Shown: in pieces, positions 52,401 through 64,000 of the stretch
Position numbering within the stretch: position 1 is the stretch's first letter
Layout of the letters: each line of letters starts with the position of its first letter
NCBI RefSeq assembly: GCF_000143415.4
Contig: NW_003314261.1
Coordinates: forward strand, 6,666,817 to 6,730,816
From: Selaginella moellendorffii
Taxonomy: Eukaryota; Plantae; Lycopodiophyta
Direction: 5' to 3'
Length of the DNA stretch: 64,000 bases
Notes under the pieces: generated by a model
What the model was told of the DNA's origin: nothing
The model's input: only the letters and a program-made list of their open reading frames with translations
Database searches by the model: none
Program-made: the position numbers and the translations under genes

Positions 52401-53810
52401 TCGTTATTCTCTTTGCTGTGTTTCTGATAGTGAAGAGACAGCAGAGACGGCTTAAAGCTTTATTGGAAGACGAGGGTACGTACATTTTGAAACGTTTTGT
52501 GGCAAAATACTCAAGCTTTTGTTGCAGATTTGAAGCATCTCGAAGGCAAGCCGGACCTTTTCACATACAATGAGTTAAAGAACGCAACACGGAATTTCTC
52601 CTCGGAAAACAAGCTGGGACAGGGAGGTTTTGGCGCAGTCTACAAGGGTGTATTGCCTAGTGGCACAGTGGTTGCAATCAAGGAGCTTTCGTCCAAATCT
52701 CAGCAAGGCTCTCGCGAGTTCCTGAACGAGGTGACACTTATCTCGTCTGTGCAACATAGAAACCTGGTGAAGTTGCACGGGTGCTGCATTGATGGCGATC
52801 ACAGGCTCTTGGTCTATGAGTTTTTGGAGAACAACAGCCTTCACCACGTCTTGCTGTGTAAGCTGTTTCAAAATGCTTATCGAGTTTGATGAACTGATTC
52901 TCTTGATCCAGCTTCAAGGCGCACAAAGCCCGATCTTCTTAACTGGCCAACACGGTTCAGCATTTGTCTGGGGATTGCTCGAGGACTCTCATACTTGCAC
53001 GAGGATTCAAAGCCCAAGATCGTACACCGGGACATCAAAGCCCACAATGTTCTCCTGGACAGAAACATGACTCCAAAGATTGCAGACTTTGGCTTGGCAA
53101 AGCTGTTCCAAGATCACGAAACTCACGTTAGCACTCGAGTTGCCGGCACAATGTGCGTAAGAGGATGCAAGTTCCATCGAGTCTGCTAACTCTTGTTTTT
53201 GTTTTCCAGAGGCTACCTTTCTCCTGAATACGCAATGAGGGGCCAACTTACAGAGAAAGCAGATGTCTACAGCTTCGGAGTCCTGGCTCTGGAAATCGTG
53301 AGCGGGAGGAGCAACTTGGACACAAGCGTGCCAGCAGACATGGTCTACTTGCTTGAATGGGTAAGCCAAAACGAGGAAAACATCGGTTCGATCTTTTAAG
53401 TTGTTTCCAAACAGGCATGGAACTTGTACGAGAGGAAGCAGGAAATGGACATGGTAGACAAAGAGCTCACAGACGTTTCTCAAGAGGAAGCGGCGAGAGT
53501 GATCAAGGTGGCCCTCTTGTGCAGCCAGGCCGTGGCTTCCTCGCGTCCGGCGATGTCTCACGTCGTAGCGATGCTCGTCGGGACGTCCCCGGTGGACGTG
53601 AGCTCCCTCCGCCCAGGCTACTTCTCCGCTCTCAAGGACGCGGCCCCGGGATTCTTCTCGGACTCCGGTGGAAAGGATCGAAGCCGCAGCGTCGATAGCG
53701 TCGATCAGCCCAGCAGCAGCAGCGCCAACACCTCATACGTTTTTAGCTCGCAAGCCTCGCAAGCGCCTTTGAGCTACCAGGAAGAGAACTCCATCGTGGA
53801 AGCAAGGTGA
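49459..53810 (+). CDS. LRR-malectin receptor-like kinase (LRR-VIII-2 type)
   Basis: Signal peptide, one-LRR-per-exon series, malectin (AINCGG, LYQTSR, FAEI), TM, kinase [24 protein letters not shown]. Confidence 0.93.
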
Positions 53811-54473
53811 AAATGTTTCCCACTTAACTTTTTGTTTAGTTTAGCTCGCTAAGCGAAGAAAAGCATATTCTGTAAATATGCGGATTTTTGGTATATGCTT
53901 CGCATTCAAACCTTGGCATTCCGGTCAAAGCGTTCTGGAAGGCAATTTTGTCGTCGGTGGGAACTCGGAACCTCCTACCTAAAGGAAAGAAAAAAAAATT
54001 GTCACTTCATTCCAAAGCCTGGCCTTTTGACGATTTATTCGAAGTTTTTTCTCTTTTCGCAACACGCAGGGGAACGAATCTGACACGAATTTGGTGCGAG
54101 AAAAAGATGGTTTTCATGGGCCCTGTACATAACCATGAAGAACTGAACTCCTCCAAGCTGTCCGAGTGTAGACTCATTCTCGCTTGCAAGTGGTTTTGTT
54201 CTATCATTTCTTTTCTTCTTCCTTTTTTTGATTTTTTTTTTTTTTTTGTTTGATTTTTCTCGAGTCAGACTTCACTGGCCAGCAGGAACGACTTTGAAGA
54301 TTTCGTCTTGTTTCGCGCAATTTTCCTCTCGTAGCAGCAAAAGGAGTTTGCTTTGCTTTTCTCGCGACTTAATTCTTCGAAAAGAGAAAGCGCGACTTTG
54401 GCAAGAAAGGAAAAGATCTCCTCCTCTTTTCTCGAATTCTTCCACTAGATCTGTAGAGGCGAACAGTATAGAA

Positions 54474-54815
54474 ATGGAGAGCTATACTGGACTTCTCCCT
54501 GTTGCTTACAGGAGCTTGAAGATGAGGCAATCGGCGAGGAGCTACAGCAGAATCGATGGCACTGACAAGTGTTCTGGAAAGCAGCAACAGCAGCAGCAAG
54601 CAGCAAAGGGAGGATCCAGGATGAAGAGCAGGCCTCACCGGAGGAAAATGAGAGCGTGGAGGATCAAGCGTCCAGGCGTAAGGATTGGATTTCTCTCGGC
54701 CTGGAAGAAGATGAGGGACGTTTGTGCCAAGGCGCTGTTCTCGCTGTCTCTAGGTAACCAGAAAGTGGTGATGATCCGAATGCGCGATGAGGGGCTCAAT
54801 GGTCTCAAGCACTGA
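54474..54815 (+). CDS. Small basic plant protein of unknown function
   Basis: 113-aa ORF; SYSRID...RAWRIK...WKKMRD resembles a plant family of small Arg-rich proteins (from memory). Confidence 0.5.
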   Translation: MESYTGLLPVAYRSLKMRQSARSYSRIDGTDKCSGKQQQQQQAAKGGSRMKSRPHRRKMRAWRIKRPGVRIGFLSAWKKMRDVCAKALFSLSLGNQKVVMIRMRDEGLNGLKH

Positions 54816-54948
54816 GTCGAAGGAAGCTACTGTTCTTACTGTAAAAAAATAAACTTGTGATCTCTAAAGATGGGACTTCATCAACTCTTACCTCGCTTCT
54901 CTATAGCTAGCTGATGTAAGGTCTCTTAGCTAGCGTATTCCTTACGTA

Positions 54949-56226
54949 TTAGGCTCTATCTTTGGCTTTCCTCACGGCTGCGAAGACATCGCTATCACTA
55001 GCATCATCGGAGAGGTTCAAGCTCCTCCGGATCTCCCGACTAGCTGGCCTCAGAAATGGATTAAACTTCTTTTCTTCTCCCACTGAGGACGGTATCTACA
55101 CATACAAACCAAGCAGTCGTCACTGAAAGTACTTGTTTTTCTAAGCAGTACCGTGGCAAGGCCGCTGTCTCGGAGCTGCTTGACTTTCTCAAAATGCGAA
55201 TTTAAGGCCGGGTTGTTCGGTTCAATCGTCATTGCGAACTTCGCGTTCGACTGTAAGAAGCAACCGTGAAGAGAAATGAACAACCTTAACAGAGAAAAAA
55301 CGATTTGTCCATACCAAGGTATATTCATGACCGCAAAAGACCCGAGTTTCATCCGGTAAAGCCGCGAGCTTTGAAAGAGAGGACCACATCTAGGAAGAAG
55401 AAGAAAAACTTGTAAAAAAATACGTGTCAATAAGCTAAATTCAAAGCTCCACCTGTTGGGCAGAACCTTCAAATAGTCTTCCACAGCCGATTGAAAAGAG
55501 CGTGTCACCAGTAAACACAGCTCTCGAATCCGCGAAATAGTAACTGACATGACCTGAAACGCAATCTCCAGATATAAGAATCATGAAACAAAACTTGAGA
55601 AACTAAGCAGAGAAAGAGCTACCCCGTGTGTGACCAGGAGTTCCAATAACTTTCATGGCATGCTCTCCAAGCATCCACGTATCTCCATCTTTTAATGGAA
55701 CGTCAATGCCGGGGATTCCATCGCCAGGAGGAGCAACAATCTACACGACCAACCAAGTATAGTTTAGTTCTTCGCAAAAGAAAAGAGGACAAGAGAAAGA
55801 AAAAGAAAAATTCTCGTGCCTGTGCACCATAGCGTTTCTTAAGATCGGCATTACCACCTGTGTGATCCCAGTGATGGTGCGTGTTTATAATGTGCGTGAG
55901 CTTGAGGCCCCGCCGCTCGAGAGCTTCAATCACAGGCTGGGCCGTCGATGGATCCACCACTCCAATCGCGCCGGAGCTCGCATCACGCAGCAAATACGCG
56001 TAATTGTCCTTCAAGCAAGGAATCTGGAAAGAAATTTCTATAGCTCGTCTACGATTTTCGTTTTGCTTACCAGCTCAATCTCCAGCGCGGCGCTAGCCAT
56101 AGCCGATTGCGAGGAGAAGCAGCAGCGTGACAATCGATAGCGCGCCCCTGAAATCCTCGCGCCATGCCTCGATGATCGACCGACGAGAGGCGGCGCCAGC
56201 GCCACGCGAAATGCCAAACTCCCCAT
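54949..56226 (-). CDS. GLX2: Glyoxalase II (hydroxyacylglutathione hydrolase) with transit peptide
   Basis: [47 protein letters not shown]. Confidence 0.92.
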
Positions 56227-56346
56227 TTCCACTTTAGGGCAAATAAAGGTTAAAGAACAATGACGAAATGTTTGACATTAACATAATCTTTTTACTTTGC
56301 GGTTAAACAAAACTCGTTCGAATCAAAAATCGAATATACCGAATCA

Positions 56347-59202
<2,856 letters not shown>

Positions 59203-59375
59203 CGCTTCCAGGGTTTAGGGCTCTTAAGTGGCGCTACCGTACACCGATGTTTTGGGCCAGGGTTTTACAATTTCGTACACACAAACGAAGTTCGTACAAA
59301 TTCGTACAAGTTTCAAATGCAATCTTTTACACACACACACACTTGACAATGTAGCCCAACCGATCTAACCCTAAA

Positions 59376-60140
59376 CTAGAGAACGATCACGATTGCGCAA
59401 CCCAAGGCGCCCAATGCGCCCCAAATAGCGGTGGAGCTCAGCCGATTGGCTAGAGATGGAGGGCTGTCCACGTTATCATCGTCCGTGGAGGAGGAATCCT
59501 CGTCGGTGGAGACTGGGGGCGGCGGGGCTTTGGCCGCCACGGCAGGCGCGAGCGCCCCGTCAGGAACCACCGGCCTATCCTCAGCCTCCACGACACCATC
59601 CGGAGCCACGTAGTTGCTGACCTGGACAATGCTGAGGTCGAATCCAATGGTCTTGACGGCCTTTGTGATGGTCGTGTTGGAGCCACCGGCGGTCACGATT
59701 TCGAGCCCACTGCCCTTCTTCGTCCGCGTGAGATTGGCGATGCCTTGGTCGGAGATGGCAGTCCCGGCGGCCTGGTACATGGAGCTCACTTGCTGGCTGC
59801 CGTTGATGCTCCGCGCGGTGTGAGGGTTGGATGGATCGATGAATGTGAGGAGAATCAGCGGGCGGATGAAGGCCGCCACGCGCTTGATGTCCGTCGAGCC
59901 ATTGCCCAAGGTCCCCTTCAAGCTCTTCATCTGCGAATTCGTGAGGACGCACACCGTGATGGATCGCCGCGCGTTGATGCTGCGCGCGAGGCCGGATTCC
60001 GTGAGCGCATCGTTGAATTCCGAGAAATTGGGGTGACCCTCGAGCTCCTTCGTGATGTTGAACGTTTTCGCCGCTGCCCTAGTGGCGTAGATCGAGATCC
60101 AGGCGGCGAGAGCGGCGAGGAGAAGGGAATGGATCCTCAT
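59376..60140 (-). CDS. Fasciclin-like arabinogalactan protein
   Basis: Signal peptide, FNITKEL...PNFSEFN, ITVCVLTN, SIVQVS, AP-rich linker, GPI-like tail; single exon. Confidence 0.85.
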   Translation of the reverse strand: MRIHSLLLAALAAWISIYATRAAAKTFNITKELEGHPNFSEFNDALTESGLARSINARRSITVCVLTNSQMKSLKGTLGNGSTDIKRVAAFIRPLILLTFIDPSNPHTARSINGSQQVSSMYQAAGTAISDQGIANLTRTKKGSGLEIVTAGGSNTTITKAVKTIGFDLSIVQVSNYVAPDGVVEAEDRPVVPDGALAPAVAAKAPPPPVSTDEDSSSTDDDNVDSPPSLANRLSSTAIWGALGALGCAIVIVL

Positions 60141-60502
60141 CGCACAGCGCTACACTCAATGCGGGTAGACTTCGCCCCCTTCTCAAAGTATTCCCCCTTT
60201 TTCAAAGTTTAAATATTCCCAAGGCTGATAAGAATATGCGTCAGAGATCGACGGCTGGATTTGAAATGGACGGCTGGCGATTGGCGGGCTGTTGGGAGGT
60301 CAAGCTGCCATCACTGTAGTCGTTGGTTGCGCTATGTCTATCGCTACCTTGACATATTATCAAAAAAACTTTGTCCTCCAAGCCAAGGCCTAAGGTAAGT
60401 TTGATCGCGAGTACCACCAAAGGTTCCATCTACCAAATATTCTTACTCTAGAAGAATTAGGTCTACACCGGGTTTAGGGTTTATCGTGCCATTCATGAGG
60501 AA

Positions 60503-63418
60503 ATGCTGCTGCGATGGAGGGCCGCGGCGAGGCTTGGAGTGCTAAATCGCCGGAGTTTCTGCCTCAATCCAGGTGAAATTCGTCTCTAGGATCGCGATCT
60601 TGCTTTTTCTTACACACATTTCGGGCCAGGAAGCAAGCCGGAAGGTCCGAAATCAACCGCGCATGGGGTTCCTGATTCTCAGAAACACAATGCGGAGGAT
60701 CATGAAGCAAAAGAACCGTGTGGAGATGGGGAGTCGCAGATTGATGGCTTTGAGAAGCTCAAAAATTGGAATTTGATGTCGCGGCTCATCGAGGCCATCA
60801 GGGCCGGGCAGAATGACAAGGCAATGGAGCTCCTTCCGGATCTAAGTAAGTATGAGATGATGACTGCTACAAGCTGTAACGAGTTTCTCTATCAGTGCTC
60901 CCTGGCTGGAAACTTTCAGGTAAGTTTTTCCATCTCTTGATCCTGGGATCACTCACAGAGACAAGTCTCTCCAGCTAGCGAGGCAGATAATGAGATTCAT
61001 GAAAGAGCTTGGTATGGAAACCAACGAGCGGTGCGACACTCATCTTCTTGGTGCTATGAGCCGTGCTGGAAATCTGGACGAGGTATCAAAAGCTTCATTA
61101 ATGCCTGGAAGGTCATTACACTGTTCTCATGGTCCTCTCAGGCCATGGAAATGCTGGAATCTGCGACTGGGGGTGATGGTGTGGATTACGTCTTCATGTT
61201 TAACAGTGTGTTGAACGGTTGCGCATCCGCTGGCAGCAGCATTCATGCAGATAAGTGTCTCAAGTTGATGACCAGTAGAAAGGTGGAGAAAAATCAACAG
61301 ACTTACATTGAACTTCTCAGGGTAAGTCGAGATAGATTTTGGCTACCGCTGTAATTCTTTTCGCAGCTTGCAGGAAAAAAGCAAGATCTTAGTTTGACAA
61401 AGAGCTTGTGGATCGAGCTGAAAAGTATTTATTCCCCTTCGTTTAACTCTTATCGCACTTACATCATATCGCTTTGCCGGGGAAGTGATCTTGGTGAGGC
61501 ACTAATCATTTTGCAAGAGATGCTGGATCATATTGCTGAAGAAATGAAGCTTTCCGAAAGTATTCCTCCGGCGGTTACTGAGGTTTTCAACGCAATCATC
61601 AGCACAGCAAGCAAAACGGGTCAGTATCAACTAGCAGAGATGATGTTTTCGGAGGTAAGGTAATGCAAATTTGGTTTCGATACTCCATATTAATTATTTC
61701 ATTACTACAGATGAATCGGATGGAAATACCTGTAACGATCGTCACTTACGACGCTGTCATTCGAGCTGTTGTAAAAGGGAGAGGTGTAGAATATGGACTT
61801 AAGCTTGTAAGCAGCAGTTCTGAATTTCCTGAATCGTTATGACATTGTCCCTGCATTTTACCAGGTTCAGAACATGGAGTCCAGAGGAATAGAACCTGAC
61901 AGTGCAATCTATGGTGCTATCGTGGAAGGCTACTGCAGAAACTCAGAGCTAGATAAAGCTGAGAACCTGTTGGAACAAATGCTGAAAGCCAAGCCTAGTC
62001 AACGGCCCACTGCTCATGCGTTCAACTTCATTTTTCAGGCGTGCTCACTGACGGTATGAAAGATGATAGGAGTACTCTCACCTTACTTTTTCTCGGACAG
62101 AATGAACAAGATCGTGCCCTGCGTGTACTGAGAACAATGAAAACCGCGCGTGTACCTCCGGACATCTGCACGTACACGGCCCTTTTTTGCAATTTTGGTA
62201 GCGTTAGCGTCCCTTATGCAGGGGGTGATCAGTCGTCTCACGAGGACTTGACTAGCAGACTGGGAGCGCTTGAAGCAGATATGCTGGCCTCTGGCATTCA
62301 GCATTCACGTCAGTCTCTGACGGCTCTGGTATGTAAAACCTTATGTTCATAGCGGCTAATTGGTTCCTTCTTTTCATTCTTCAACTAGATGCGAGGATTA
62401 GGATCAGAAGGAATGCTTGGTCCTGCTCTCAAGCGGCTATTAAACGCAGAAGCTTTCTCTGCAGAGGATGGAGCTCCATTCTTGGACGCTTTTGCATACA
62501 ACACTGCAATGTACTCATGCATTATGTTCGACCAGGTTTGCACGTCCCATCTTTAGAGTTTGGCTGCTCTATTTGTCAGTCTAACCCTTCGCAGTTTTCA
62601 GAAGCCAAGGAACTCTTTACCAGGATGTCTGCAAAGAATCTCAAGCCAAATCTTCACTCGTACAACATTATGATCTATGGATGCCTGCGGTCTAAAGATG
62701 TAACTTATGCCAACGAGGTTTTAAAGCGGCTACAAGACGACGGCCTTAGTCCGGATTCGGTTACATACAATTCGCTCATCAAGGTCAGTAGCCAACCTGT
62801 TTAGTTTTTCCTTCTATTCTATTCTGATTCGGCTGATACATCCAGGTTCTTTGTGCTGCAAACGAGCTAGAATCGGCACTGGAAGTTATCCAGACAATGG
62901 ATAGAACGGGCATAGAGGCGGATATCTACTCGTTTAACACAATCATAGGTGCTGCGGCAGTCCGGGTGAGCTATCTTGCCTTTCGTTTGCGGGTTTACCT
63001 TTTCTAGTCTAAATTCTCTTCTCAGGGTCGTATCGACATGATCGAGTTCTTGATAGACGACATGAAAGACCGCAACATCCCTCCAAACTCCTACACCATT
63101 CTCAAAGTCATGATCACGTACATATACCTCAAGAGGCTGGACGACGCGATCGAAGCCGTGCGAACGTTGAGCTCCCGAATGCTAGAGGGCGCCAGCAGCA
63201 GCGGCAAGAGCACGATCCAGAGCGCGGTGGAGGTGTTGATGCAAGACAACAGCGAGCTCGTGTCGGAGATGACCGAATCACTGGGCAAAACCATCGAGGA
63301 AACCGGGGATCCGGAAGCTCAGGCCCTCTACACTTTAAATCTAGCGAGCCTTGCCGCTGGGACAGACGAGAAGTGGGCGAGCGAGAAGAACTCCAAACAA
63401 GAGAACGAGAACGCGTAA
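60503..63418 (+). CDS. P-class PPR protein, intron-rich
   Basis: 35-aa repeats (GIEPDSAIYGAIVEGYCR, KPNLHSYNIMIYGC, SPDSVTYNSLIK) across about 12 exons. Confidence 0.88.
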
Positions 63419-63573
63419 AGTTTTAAAGTTTTAAATTCAAATTCAAAAGCTTCCCGCCATTTCTCTAAAAATAAAAGTGTTGAGTGTATGGAATCGAAAG
63501 GTTGGGTCGCTCTGGCGCCAGGAGCAAGGCGCTCTCGCCTGAGCTGGATCATGTGTGGCAACGGCGCTGCCGC

Positions 63574-64000
63574 CTACTTCCTCGATCGATAACAGCAGCG
63601 CCGAGCTATCGACATCTCCTCCAGGTGAGGGTAACCCAGGAAATCGGCCCTTAGGTCGGGGTCGAGCCCGATCGCGCAAAATATGGCAATACTGCGCTCC
63701 GGATAAACCTTCCGTCCCGGGACATCGATCGCCATGGCGAGAATGACGCGGCGAGGGAGAAGAGGCTGGAAGGCATCGTGGAAGAACGTGGTCAGAGTTA
63801 TGAGGCCGACGAAGAGAATGGGAATGGGGATCCATATCTCGGGATTGGCACAAAGCCGGCAACTCCACCGCTGCCCCTGGACCTCGTCTTCCAGCTCATG
63901 GATTCCGGGCGCTTTAGGGAGATCTCCGAGGCCGAGTTCAAAGGAAGAACCAAGCTCTTTCGATTGCTGCTGGTCATTGGAATCCTCTCCGTGGCTGCTG
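63574..64000 (-). CDS. Possible 3' end of an unidentified gene running off the window
   Basis: Stop-free frame of about 141 codons from the window edge, with one hydrophobic segment; no family recognised. Confidence 0.3.
   Translation of the reverse strand, partial: SSHGEDSNDQQQSKELGSSFELGLGDLPKAPGIHELEDEVQGQRWSCRLCANPEIWIPIPILFVGLITLTTFFHDAFQPLLPRRVILAMAIDVPGRKVYPERSIAIFCAIGLDPDLRADFLGYPHLEEMSIARRCCYRSRK

Overview
Eukaryotic plant DNA. The compact genes with ~45-65 bp introns suggest a lycophyte such as Selaginella (inference). The left ~40 kb is transposon-rich. A decayed Mutator/SWIM transposase is split by a three-level nest of LTR retrotransposons, each with a readable 5-bp target-site duplication (TSD): chromovirus A (1144-22701, minus, TSD CTAGT) contains non-coding element B (4220-18197, TSD ACACC), which contains non-coding element C (5411-12704, TSD GGTGG). 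Further remnants follow (gypsy, DUF7869/Sola-like transposase, gag, an old copy of B), with one host gene, MAP2, among them. The right ~23 kb is a dense gene block: phytocyanin, Crinkler/RHS-like NTPase, TcdA-like, RPF2, LRR-malectin kinase, glyoxalase II, ArgRS, fasciclin-AGP and PPR. The most notable observation is that the integrase of element A carries two clean short GT-AG introns (plus a third GC-AG candidate) whose removal exactly restores the HPQTDGQTER and KLTQRFAGPY motifs. A and B also share a covarying multi-hairpin RNA module with tRNA T-loop/B-box motifs. All alignments and counts were done by eye.
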